Made by a program: the position numbers and the translations under genes. From contig OZ024746.1 of the NCBI GenBank assembly GCA_964016885.1, positions 44,144,001 to 44,208,000 on the forward strand: a stretch of 64,000 nucleotides of DNA, in the 5' to 3' direction. The first letter of the stretch is position 1. The number at the start of each line of letters is the position of its first letter. A model generated the notes under the pieces. That model did no database searches. It was not told where the DNA came from and saw only the letters and a list, made by a program, of their open reading frames with translations. The stretch is from Eledone cirrhosa (taxonomy: Eukaryota). Shown piece after piece: positions 27,790-40,057 of the stretch.

Positions 27790-29190
27790 TGACGAAAGAG
27801 ACATCATCTTGGCAGGTGACTTCAATAGACATATGGGACAGTACCAGGATGGATTCAGCTGAGTTCATGGCAGCTATGGTTATAGCAGCAAGGAATGAAG
27901 AGGGGCTGAGACTCCTGGAATTATGTGATGCAAATGAACTAACCATTTGCAACACAAGTTTCAGGAAACCAGACAACCATCTGATTTCATATAAATCAGG
28001 TGAACACACAAGCCAAATTGATTACTTACTTATTAGACAAGACAAACAGACTAATCTATACTAAGGCCTTCTCTATGGAAAAATGCACTGCCCAGAACAA
28101 GTTAGTTATTAGTGAAATCAAAATAAACAAGAGGCACAGGAAAATATGGAAACAGTGTGAGGAAGCTAAAGGACGTTTCGATTAAATATAGGCTTAGAAA
28201 GGATCTACAAGATACACTTGATGAGAGGGATGATGAGCTAGATACATTTAATGTTCACGACAACTGGAAATTCTTACGTGACAACCTTTTGTGAACTTCT
28301 GCCAAGACCTGCGGCTGGAGTAAAGCACCAGCCACACAGAGGGTGACTTGGTGGTGGAACAGCACAGTAGATACAGCCATTAAAACCAAGAGACAGGCAT
28401 GGAAAAATGAGAGTAGCAGAGACTGGTAACAGGTAGCTAAGAATGAAACTCATAGAGAGAGGCTGAAGAAAGTAAATTTGCCAATGTCTTGAAAAAATGT
28501 ACAGGAGAAATCGAGCGGAAGAGTGCCAATGATATAAACCTTTTCCAGTCGCAGGAAGGATCCATAGATGTGGTTGATAGCTTCTGCCATCTAGGTGACC
28601 TAATTAGCAGTGGAGGAGGATGAGCTGAAAGTATAATAGCTACAATAAGGATAGGATGGTAGAAGTTTAAAGAACTACACCCACTGCTGACAACAAAAGG
28701 TTTCTCCCTATGTACAAAAGGAAAGCTGTATGACACCTATGTGCAGTGTGTGATGCTGCATGATATTGAAACATGGACTGTAACTACATAGGATATACTT
28801 AGCCTGGAAAAAAATGAAGCAACCATGCTTCACTGGATGTGCAATGTAAACATGAGAGAAAGGCAAAGCTTGGATGAACTGAGGGAGAAGATGGCCTTAA
28901 GAGGAATCTGAGGTGATGTGCAGGAGAGAAGACTGTTGGTATGTACATTTAATGTACATGGACAATGATTGATGGGTGAATAAAGATCAGGAAATCCCAG
29001 TGGAAGGAAACCACAGTAGAGGATGACCAAGAAAGATTTGGGAAGAGGTTGTGAGACCCAACCTTAAATCTCTTAGGCTAGCAGAGGAGATGATGAAGGG
29101 ACGCAACAAGTGGAGAGATGCTGTACTGAGAAGAACCCATCCAACCCATGCAAGCATGGAAAAGCTGGCGAAAATATGATGACGATGATG
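27790..29190 (+). mobile_element. decayed RTE LINE with RT core deleted
   Basis: APE motifs ILAGDFN and NEEGLRLLELCDANEL...SQIDYLL, then a jump to the post-RT VDSFCHLGD...KGKLYD region. (GAT)n tail. Confidence 0.8.
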
Positions 29191-29216
29191 ATATAAATAT
29201 ATATATATATGATATA

Positions 29217-29275
<59 letters not shown>

Positions 29276-29559
29276 GATGATGATGATATTGCTGGTAGTT
29301 AAGAAATGAATAATGTTATTTCTATTCACTACATATAATATATAATCAAGCAAGCAAGTAAAGAAAAAGTCAGTAATCATGAAATTTACCAACTTAGCAG
29401 AAACTACTTAATATATGCTATTAATTTGAAGTGTTGTAACAGTTTGCATTCAGTGAGATCTGAAGCTCTCTTGTCTTGATATCATCTGCTGATCTCTGGA
29501 TATGTGGTAGTCATATGGTATATAGTTCTGGATTCCAATAAACTAGAGATGCACCATGA

Positions 29560-30960
29560 AATTTAACAAACCGAAGTGTTACGAGCATTCTTGAGTGCGT
29601 TGTTATGTTTATATGACTGGATTTCCTCCAATACCAATTGGAATACAGTGTATATAGCATAGTAATATGCACACATTTCATTTAGCAAATATTTCAGTAT
29701 ACTTCCACTTCAGAAATTGAGATCCTTTCAAGGATACTATTGTAAATAGTGTTGCAAATTGTTTATAAGACTATAGATGATTAATGAATATAATTTCTCA
29801 AGGTGAATTTTCTTCCTAACTGCCTCTTGAGCATTTAGAGTTTCAGACCATACAGTGATTTTATGATCTTCGGATCAATTTATTTGCATAAACAAGTTTA
29901 ATATTATTTACATATACACTGTCGGTACACCAAGTTCATTTAATGGGCCATACATTAAAGTTGAGTCAAATAAAAAATGTTCTGAAGCCTGTCTACAAGT
30001 TATTTCTGTCATCGCTAGATCTTGTTTCATCCTTTATTGCCATTTAAAAATGGAATCACAGGGCTTCCTAATTTTGTCACACAGCTGAAACGGAAATAAA
30101 CTAATCAATCACCTAGTATCCAGAACAGCCTAATTTGCAAATTTGTTTAAGTTGTGCGGACATTCAGACTTTTAATTTAAAGTTGATCTGCAGTCAACAG
30201 AATACAATTTATCTATAGCTGATGGAAAATCATTAACTCCATCAATTACCTTCACTAAATCACCTGCTGTAAATTCTAATCTGTGATTAAACAGTGCCAA
30301 ATTATCACATCAAGGTAATGTTCCTTGAAGATTGTTGCAGAACCAGATTTAACACCAAGTATTATGTTCATGCCGTCATTACAAATGTTACAAGATTCTA
30401 TTGAAATAAGCATTGTCAAACCCTTGTTTGATGTAAGAGTTCAATAGTCACTGTTATTTTTTAATCAACAATTCAACCAGTTCTAAAAACATCAAATGAG
30501 GTTATCCTTCCTTACACTTTTCACATTTTAAATAAACTATGAGGGAAGTCTGAATGTTCAGATTTGTTTATTCATTAATGAGAACAGAAATTTTGCTTGA
30601 TATACAGGTGAACTATTATGTTAATTACGAAAATGATTAATTATCCAAGAGACACTTGTGCAAGAGTGGAAATGCAGTCCTATTCCAATGCCATTTTCTT
30701 TTCTTTGAGTTGTATTAAACCAAAGCAATTAGAGTATGGTTTGTTATTTTGAGCTAAATATGATACAGGACAAAATACTGAACAACTTGCTCGTTAATGC
30801 AAAGCATTCATGGTGTCACGATTTTCTTAAAGCATTCTCATTAGCTCTGCTTTCAACACTAAAAGAAGCAGCGTTGGCACTTAATAATTTGTAATCAACG
30901 ATTTATTTTCTTGGAGACATCAAGGGCAGGATATATGATACACCTGCCATTCATTTGATA
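29560..30960 (-). mobile_element. decayed hAT transposase (KIAA1586/ZNF862-like)
   Basis: Minus strand 30040-30400 gives LGVKSGSATIFKEHY.DVIIWHC.NHRLE...DKLYS...VLDTR, the hAT CxxH region. Confidence 0.65.
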
Positions 30961-31094
30961 GCCTTAATCCTTTAGAAATGAAAAGTTCCAATTTGCATAT
31001 ACCTTACACCTAACTTTCTTCAGTATAAAAACCTGAACAGGGATACAAATCTGATTTGAAGGACATTATTTTCAGAACTGTATTTTTTACCCCG

Positions 31095-31978
31095 TTTGTA
31101 AAATAAGTTGGTTTACTTTGAATAAATAATTGTTTCTACTTTAGGCACAAGGCTCCCCAGTACATTACTGGTACTTTATTTTATCACCCCATAAGGATGA
31201 AAGGCAAAGTTAAGCTCGGCAGGTTTACTTTGAATAAATAATGAATGAATATTACATGATTTATGTACTAATTTCGTAACTCTTGATTAAATATAAATAA
31301 TTTTATATATAATGATTGTTATTTCGAGATTCACTTAAAATTTTCAAATGTAAATACTTCCGATTATGATATAATTGTTTCTACTTTAGGCACAAGGCCA
31401 GCAATTAACCAGTGCATTACTGGTACTTTATTTTATCGACCCCGTAAGGATGAAAGGCAAAGTCAACCTCGGCGGGATTTGAACTCAGATCGTAAAGGGA
31501 CGTAACTATGCTGGAAAGCATGGCGTCCGACCCTCTACTGATACTGCCAAATGATATAATGGACGCTATATCACATCGCTGATTTTCTCCATTTTCGTTT
31601 TTCATAAAATTTCACCGTAATGCAGTTTATATATAATTGTTTCTACTTTAGGCACACGGCCAGCAATTACCCAGTGCATTACTGGTACTTTTATTTTATC
31701 GACCCCGTAAGGATGAAAGGCAAAGTCAACCTCGGCGGGATTTGAACTCAGATCGTAAAGGGACATAAATATGCTGGAAAGCATGGCGTCCGACCCTCTA
31801 CCGATACTGCCAATCCACCATATATAATGTCTTTTTTTAATGTATCACCGATTACAGAAAACATTGTAATACAGTCTCTTCAATTTGTGTGCATTTTATT
31901 TAACATCATATCTGCATGCATCAATATACACACTACACATATTAGCAGAAAACCACACGATGGGTGGCTTTCTGCTAG
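31095..31978 (+). mobile_element. Helitron-like element carrying three antisense SINE insertions
   Basis: SINEs at ~31126-31221, 31372-31549 and 31634-31819, each with a TSD. Terminal hairpin followed by CTAG and T. Confidence 0.75.
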
Positions 31979-32319
31979 TATTTTTAATGTCTCCTTGGTG
32001 TAATAAGTCAGACTGAATTAGAATCTAAATGCAATCTAGGTTTAGAATACAATTTCAGTAATATATGTGATGGCAATAGATCAATTTTTTAAATGTTACA
32101 AAGCATCCAAGTAATTGTCCTACTATTGATTACATTCTGTATTTATTAAAACAACGTTAGAAGTCCAAATGAAGTCAATTGCTTTCGGTCAGCTGTTTCG
32201 TAGAGACGTCTATTGGACAGAATTTATATTTCATAGATATACCCACACAACAATCAGACAAAAACGACTTGAAGCACATTAATACCCAAAAACTGAATTA
32301 CATTTTAGTATATATATAT

Positions 32320-32660
32320 ACTAGCAGAATGGCCCGGCGTTGCTGGGGATTTGCTCTATGGTTCTTATATATTTGATATATATTTATCCTTATCGATCCT
32401 CGTGAAATAAATACGTTTGTTTATATTTTATTATTATGTATGCAAAAATATCTGTACACGAATATATAATTATATATATATATAACATTTCAGAGAAGTA
32501 CGGAATACCTCGGCCTCGGGATTGTGTCTACATTTTGTGGTTATAAAAAAAATTCGTCGTACATTACCAGGAGTTTTTTCCGTGCGAAGAAAATCAATAC
32601 TTTATCGCCGCGAAATAAATACTTTTGTTTATATTTTGTTATTGTGTATGCAAAAATGAT
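32320..32660 (-). mobile_element. Helitron 3' end
   Basis: Minus strand ends CCCAGCAACGCCGGGCCATTCTGCTAG followed by T. Same family as 36267. Confidence 0.7.
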
Positions 32661-32778
32661 ATATATATATATAAGTATTGAAGTTTCCGTTGAAAATTGA
32701 AAAAGTCATAGGAGTGAAGAGTGCTCTATGTAAGTTACAGAGCTAAATTTAATGTATAATAAAAAATACAATATAATT

Positions 32779-32839
32779 ACCTCATTACCAGAGGTATCCC
32801 GAATACAAGAAACGTCCTCATTCGTTCGGCAGACAAGGC
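32779..32839 (-). ncRNA. degenerate hammerhead ribozyme
   Basis: GCCUUGU-CUGCCGA-stem II-GAUA-CCUCUGG-UA-AUGAGGU. The core is mutated at two positions. Confidence 0.55.
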
Positions 32840-33439
32840 AATTTAAAACAGTGAAATATTTGAAAAATCTCAAGAAAGGCAAATGTTTAACGGGCAAAAA
32901 ATATATATAAATAAAATTAATACAAGAGATATATAAAAAATAAAATAAGGAAATATAGTAAGGGTATGTGTATAAATGTGTGTATATACAAATGTACATA
33001 TGTATGTATGTACAAATGCATGTGTATAGTGAAAAAATGTGTGCGTAAGTACATACATGAGGGCAAGCATATCAGTGTATGTGTGACCACAAATACGTAT
33101 ATAATATATGTTGAAATAAGAAATTGTAAGATAATAGAGTTAGCGTACATACAGACTCAGGGACTAAGGATTGAAATATATACACATAAAAGTATGAAAG
33201 CACGCGTATAAACACACACGCGCAACCACATAGATGCATGTGATATATACAGAGAAGGGAGTATATCAGTCAAAGCAGTGTCAGGCTGAAGGTCGATGCA
33301 TATATAAAAAATTATAAAATATGAAAATGAAAAAATGAAAAAATATATGAGAATAAAAAAATTAAATCAAAGAGACAGAGGGAGGGGTTATCAATTATAA
33401 AGTAACACTAGAAAAAATAGAAAACATACAGAGGTTCGT

Positions 33440-33502
<63 letters not shown>

Positions 33503-35561
33503 CAAAAGCACATACATGCGTACATACATACAAAAGCGCGCATACATACACACGAAGCACACACATATATATATATATACATGTACATCTAATCACACGC
33601 ACGCACGCGACCATATATATATACATATATATACACACACATATATATATATATACATATACATCACATATATATATAAGTATGTAAAAAAATATAGATT
33701 TAAAAACACACATACACGCGCACATAGGAATGCATTCGTATACATATACAAACACGTATACACACTTACACGCATACGTACAATATAAAAACCAGCCGTA
33801 TGAATAAATGAGTACAAATTATACGCAAGTAAACATACATAAAAGCGGCTGAGGGACAACAGAATATATCTGGAGTTGAAAACGCAAGTGACAGTGATAT
33901 CAGCTAGTGAAAGAAAAGGGGGAAGTAAAATATGTAAAATTGTGAAGATATAATGTAAATCAAAGAGCAGGAGGGGAGGGGGTCACTGGTACATGTGAAG
34001 TAAAAATAAAGTTAAAAATAAAAGTAAATCAGAAAGAGAAGTCTGTAAATAAGGTAAGTTAAGGAAAGTGAAGAACAAGAGTTTATGGAGGATAAGTATC
34101 TGAAAGTGAGTTAAGTTTATATGAGCTGGAAAGCAAGTGTGATTTCATGTGTGGGCAACTGGTGAAAATTTCTGTTTTTGCATTTAGGCAGGTTTTTTGG
34201 TGATTTAAGGTTCAGTAAAATCCAATATTTTTCACTTATGCAGATTGTGCATCTTCTTGTTCCTCTTGCATATTATTTAGATGGTTCAAAATTGACCAAT
34301 CTAATTTATATTGGATACCTTGGTCTTTCAAATCCCATATTCTGCTAGCCAGAGGTATACACACATAGACCAAGGTATCCAATATAAATTAGATTGGTCA
34401 ATTTTGAACCAATCTAAAGAATATGCAACAATACTTCTGCTCTTTGATTTACATTATATCTTCACAATTTTACATATTTTACTTCCCCCTTTTCTTTCAC
34501 TAGCTGATATCACTGTCACTTGCGTTTTCAACTCCAGATATATTCTGTTGTCCCTCAGCCGCTTTTATGTATGTTTACTTGCGTATAATTTGTACTCATT
34601 TATTCATACGGCTGGTTTTTATATTGTATGTATGCGTGTAAGTGTGCATATGTGTGTATACGTGTTTGTATATGTATACGAATGCATTCGTATGTGCGGC
34701 TGTATGTGTATATGTGTCTGTGTATGTGTGTTTTTATATCTATATTTTTTTACAAACTTATATATATATATATGTGTGTGTGTATATGTATATAAATATA
34801 TGTGTATATATATATGTATATATATATATATGGTCGCGTGCGTGCGTGTGATTAGATGTACATGTATGTGCTTCGTGTGTATGTATGCGCGCTTTTGTAT
34901 GTATGTACGCATGTATGTGCTTTTGTCTGTACGTATATATATATATATATGTGTGTCTACGAACCTCTGTATGTTTTCTATTTTTTCTAGTGTTACTTTC
35001 TCTTTGATTTAATTTTTTTATTCTCATATACTTTTTCATTTTTTCATTTTTTCATTTTCATGTTTTATATTTTTTTATATATGCATCGACCTTCAGCCTG
35101 ACACTGCTTTGACTGATACACTCCCTTCCCTGTATATATCACATGCATGTATATGGTTACGCGTGTGTGTGCGTGTGTTTATACGCGTGCTTTAATACTT
35201 GAGTGTGTATATATTTCAATCCTTAGTCCCTGAGTCTGTATGTACGCTAACTCTATTATCTTACAATTTCTTTTTTCAACATATATCATATACGTATTTG
35301 TGGTCACACATACACTGATATGCTTGCCCTCATGTATGTACTTACGCACACATTTTTTCACTATACACATGCATTTGTACATACACACATATGTACATTT
35401 GTAGGTGTATATACACACATTTATACACATACCCTTACTATATTTCCTTATTTTATTTTTTATATATCTCTTGCATTACTTTTATTTATATATATTTTTT
35501 TTGCCCGTTAAACCTTTGCCTTTCTTGAGGAGATTTTTCAAATATTTCACTGTTTTATATT

Positions 35562-35631
35562 GCCTTGTGTGACGAACGAATGAGGACGTTTCGTGTATTC
35601 GTCTTATTCGGGAAACCTCTGGTAATGAGGT
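35562..35631 (+). ncRNA. hammerhead ribozyme, C3G variant
   Basis: GCCUUGU-GUGACGA-stem II-GAAA-CCUCUGG-UA-AUGAGGU. Confidence 0.65.
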
Positions 35632-35656
35632 AATTATATTGTATTGTTTATGATAC

Positions 35657-35711
<55 letters not shown>

Positions 35712-35922
35712 CAGTACAGAGAAGTACGAAAGTACGAAATACCTCGGCCTCGAGATGGTGTCTACATTTTGTGGTTATATTACCAGGAGTTTTTTCCGTG
35801 CGAAGAAAATCAATACTTTATCGCGAAATAAATACTTTTGGAATCTCCTGGAGATTCCAACCAGAATGGTTGCATTTTTTAAGGGTATGTCAATATTTAT
35901 TTATAAAACTAACCTATATTAT

Positions 35923-35986
35923 ATTTTATCTGATGAAAGCGCACCATAGTTTGCTCTGGTGGCTCTTGAAATATGTATAATGAAAT
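35923..35986 (+). ncRNA. minimal type I hammerhead ribozyme
   Basis: AUUUUAU-CUGAUGA-AAGCGCACCA..UGGUGGCUCUU-GAAA-UAUGUA-UA-AUGAAAU. Stems I and II pair and stem III is vestigial. Confidence 0.8.
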
Positions 35987-36018
35987 AAATATGGTTTTAT
36001 AAATATAGTTTCCATTTG

Positions 36019-36063
<45 letters not shown>

Positions 36064-36147
36064 GGGACTATCCGGGAGCTTCCAACAGAAATGGTCGCAT
36101 TCTTTAAGGGTATGTCAATACTTATTTATAAAACTGATCTATATTAT

Positions 36148-36210
36148 ATTTTATCTAATGAAAGCGCACCATAATTTAACTTGGTGTCCTTGAAATATGT
36201 ATAATGAAAT
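36148..36210 (+). ncRNA. minimal hammerhead, G5A-mutated copy
   Basis: Same fold as 35923, but the core reads CUAAUGA. Confidence 0.65.
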
Positions 36211-36266
36211 AAATATGGTTTTATAAATATAGTTTCCATTTGTTAATATATCTTATATATATATAT

Positions 36267-37015
36267 ACTAGCAGAATGGCCCGGCGTTGCTCGGGATTTG
36301 CTATAGGGTTCTTATATATTTGATATATATTTATCCTTATCGAACCCCGTGAAATAAATACGTTTGTTTATATTTTGTTATTTTGTATGCAAAAATATCT
36401 GTCCATAAATATATAATTATATATATATATATATATTAAAATAACAGACTAAAGTTTAAGCAAAGAATCTCTGCTTTCACCCTTAACGGGATATTCTACC
36501 TAAAAGCAGTATGAAGTACATACACTAAGACTAATTGATGTAATCTTTGGCCTTGTTTGTTTATATTTTGTTTTTGTGTATGCAAAAATATCTGTACACG
36601 AATATCTATATTAAAATAACATATTAATGTTTAAGCAAAGAATCGCTGCTTTCAACCTTAACGGGATCTTCTTAAACTAAAAAAATCAATCTGGAAAACA
36701 GGAAGACGATACTTTAGTTCGTGAAGACGTTCCCTGGCATAAGAATATATATACACACACACACTGATCGCGTCATAATGACGTAATGCAGACGGTCAGG
36801 CATACAGACAGATATTATGAAGGCACGACGTCATATCTATGTATCTATCTAAAAAGAGAAAGACTAAGAGAGAGAGAAAGAGATCGCTAAATCGCCTCAT
36901 GTGGTCCCTAAGGCATTGAAAATTTGAAATTTTTGGTCAGAACACTCAATAAGACTATAGGTAATACATGTGTAAAGTTTGAAAACAATCGGTTAAGTGG
37001 TTCTCGAGTTAACGT
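36267..37015 (-). mobile_element. non-autonomous Helitron
   Basis: Minus-strand 3' end CCCGAGCAACGCCGGG...CTAG followed by T. 36770-37010 is an inverted homolog of 40905-41145. Confidence 0.7.
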
Positions 37016-38640
37016 TTGAAAACCTGCGGAATTGATTTTGTCAATAAATCTTCCACAAGGTTCAAATATAATAGAACGATCGCCCACATAAGTATAGAGA
37101 ACAATCATTGCATACTAATGCAGTTACTCGTATAAGCTTATTAAATGTTGATAATCTTGTTGATGAATATTGGAGGTGGGTTAGTATCTAAACTAGAGAG
37201 ACGGCCTTCAGTAAGAAATGCGTTGTGATATCATTTTTTGGATTTATAATATTATCAAGCATTTGGCCATTCTTGTAGATAGTAACTTCTATAAGGATCG
37301 TATGCTACTGTAATTATTCTTCAATTGAAGTATGGCCTGAACGGCGCAAGCTTCTCTTCCCAGGTCGGTAAGTTTTGACATAACAAAAGCTCAATAGCCT
37401 AACAAAGATAAATTGGTTGTGGGGGTAAAAGAACATTGTGAAAACGCCGACGAAAGGTAATATATTTGATTTGTGAACTAGGGGACGTTGAGAAGGTCCA
37501 GGAGGCGGTAGAGATGATATAATAGTATATTAAATATTATTTCATAGATTTTATTTATTATATATTATTTACAATTTGCGTGTAGGCAGGTATCTCTGGA
37601 AATATGGTTGGGGCGTTGAGGGTATTATTTGGGTGGGAGGGGGGGGGGGTCCCAAAAGTTTCACAACCTCTGGTCTACAATCTGATTGAAATTCATATAC
37701 TTCTTAATGAGAATGCGCCTTGCTATTTGCTAATTGTCATTACTCAAATATTTAATCATGTTGTGAGCTGTGCTTCGTAAGCAGCCTTTTAAATATATTA
37801 GTTTAGGTGTATTTGTATAATACCTCTATCTATAGCATCAGCAAATATTCGCACAAGTACCTAAAAGGTCAATTAATCTTTAACCCATTAAAGTTAAAGG
37901 AAACCAAATTAGAATTTCAGTCAAGATACGCCAACACTAAAACCTCACAGCTTTCGTAAATAGATACAATAATTTTATTAATATACTCTATACATGCTAC
38001 TTGTTCTTTAATAGCCGCAATCTGCTGAATAATTAGTCTGGATACTTTGTTTCATTAAGAGTATTAAGGAAACGAGTAATAAACCACAGGAAGTACACCC
38101 ATTCACTAAAAGCTTTAGTGATTTCATGGTGAAAATTTCGTTTGAGTCTGAATTCAACAATGCATTTATTTGTATGGTTTGAGTTGTGTACACGAAAAAA
38201 AAAAAATTAGAACTTTTAATCTAAAATTTAATTTGACACAGAATGTGAAAGCGAACAACTCTGAAAAAAATGTTTAGTAATTTTGAGAATATAAAGGTTA
38301 TATTACAAATGTATAAATTTACTGTAGAATAACATTGTAAATATGTTTTAAATATATACATAAATAACATTACCAATGCATTTTCCGTAGTCTATTCGTG
38401 AGAGGTAAAGTTAATCCAAACAACTGAATATGATGCAGAAATCCCAATAACCACCAATTAATAGCGATGGAAAGCAGTTGACGTTTCTGTTGACGTCATT
38501 CATATAGTTATCTTTTATTATTATTATTATTATTATAGTGAATACAAACTTTTTGAATAAATAAAAACAACAAAATAAAACATCTTAAGGTAATGATTTC
38601 GAATCTCACCTGCGGACAAAAATCTCACATTATTTAAGAT

Positions 38641-38995
38641 CCCACCGAGGTTAACTTTGGCTTTCATCCTTATGGGGTCGATAAAATAAAGTACCAGTAA
38701 TGTACAGGGTAATTGTTGGCTTTGTGCCAAAAGTAGAAACAATTATTTAAGTAGAACCCCGCCGAGGTTGACTTTGCCTTTCATCCTTACGGGGTCGATA
38801 ATAAAATAAAGTACCAGTAATTTACAGGGTTATTGCTGGCTTTGTGCCAAAAGTAGAAACAATTATTTAAGTAGAACTCCGCCGAGGTTGACTTTGCCTT
38901 TCATCCTTACGGGGTCGATAAAATAAAGTACCATTAATCCACTGGGTAATTGCTGGCCTTGTGCCTAAAGTAGAAACAATTATTTAAGTAGAACC
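38641..38995 (+). repeat. three tandem SINE 3' halves (~120-bp unit)
   Basis: CCGAGGTT.ACTTTG...GTAGAAACAATTATTTAAGTAGAAC repeated three times. Confidence 0.9.
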
Positions 38996-39280
38996 CACCA
39001 ATTATTTTGTGATTACATTAATAATTAACGTAATGCGAGGCTGTCTACTAACTGTCCAAGTATACTAAATGTTAACAGTAGAGCGATTTACAGAAGATAC
39101 ACTTTCTTTAATCCTTTAGCATTTAAACTGGCCGTATCTGGCCAGAATTCTCTAACCTCTTTCTGTTAGAGCCGACAGTAACTAGCTGCTCATACTGATA
39201 TTAAGTTATTGTTCTCAACATAAATAATATAAAAATCTCATAAATTCGATACTATGTGAGCCTTTACCATGAAAATATAA

Positions 39281-39953
39281 TCTCCTTATAATATATAACC
39301 AGCAATTTCTCTGTCTGTCTGTCCGACAGTGGAAACACGTGCGCGCGTGGTTGCTATCTCTCTCTCTCCAGCTATCCCTCTCTTTTAGTCTGTCTGTTTC
39401 TCTCACTCTCACTCTTTCTCTTTGTAACACACTAACATTCCTCCCCTCTATCGCTGTGACGAATGGGGAGATGGAGGAGGGGGAGGAGGAGGAGAGAGAG
39501 TCACTTCGTCACTTCACCTCTGCCTTTCTTTCTCTCCCCTCTTACTCCCTCATTACGTACAGACATTAGGGCGGTGGATTGGCAGAATCTGTAGAGAGTC
39601 GGACACCATGCTTCATAGCATGGAGTTACGTCCCTTTACGGTCTGAGTTCAAATACCGCCGAGGTTAACTTTGCCTTTCATCCTCACGGGGTCGATAAAA
39701 TAAAGTACCAGTAATGTACTGAGTAATTGCTGGCCTTGTGCCAAAAGTAGAAACAATTATTAGAAACATTGCTTCACTTTTACATATCTAAGCATTAGTA
39801 AAATAACTAATAATTTCAAAAGTAATTTTTCAATTCCAATTGTTATGAACAGCAAAACATTAATAATAATTTTGTTCTAAGAAATATATATACATTTCTG
39901 TGTGTGTAATATATATATATATACACACAGAAATATATATACATTTCTGTGTG

Positions 39954-39992
<39 letters not shown>

Positions 39993-40020
39993 GAAATATA
40001 TATACATTTCTGTGTGTGTA

Positions 40021-40057
<37 letters not shown>

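Larger units (their letters stand above)
32672..35650. mobile_element. palindromic Penelope-like element
   Basis: Arms ~32765-33970 and ~34437-35645 are inverted copies. GIY-YIG C-terminus on the minus strand at 34115-34352 (LASRIWDLKD...CTICISEKY...LNAKTEIFTSCPHMKSHL). Degenerate HHRs at the arm ends. Flanked by (TA)n. Confidence 0.85.

Noticed and set aside
37020-37680. Possible hAT element end
   Set aside because: One TIR-like end only, with no partner TIR, TSD or clear peptide.
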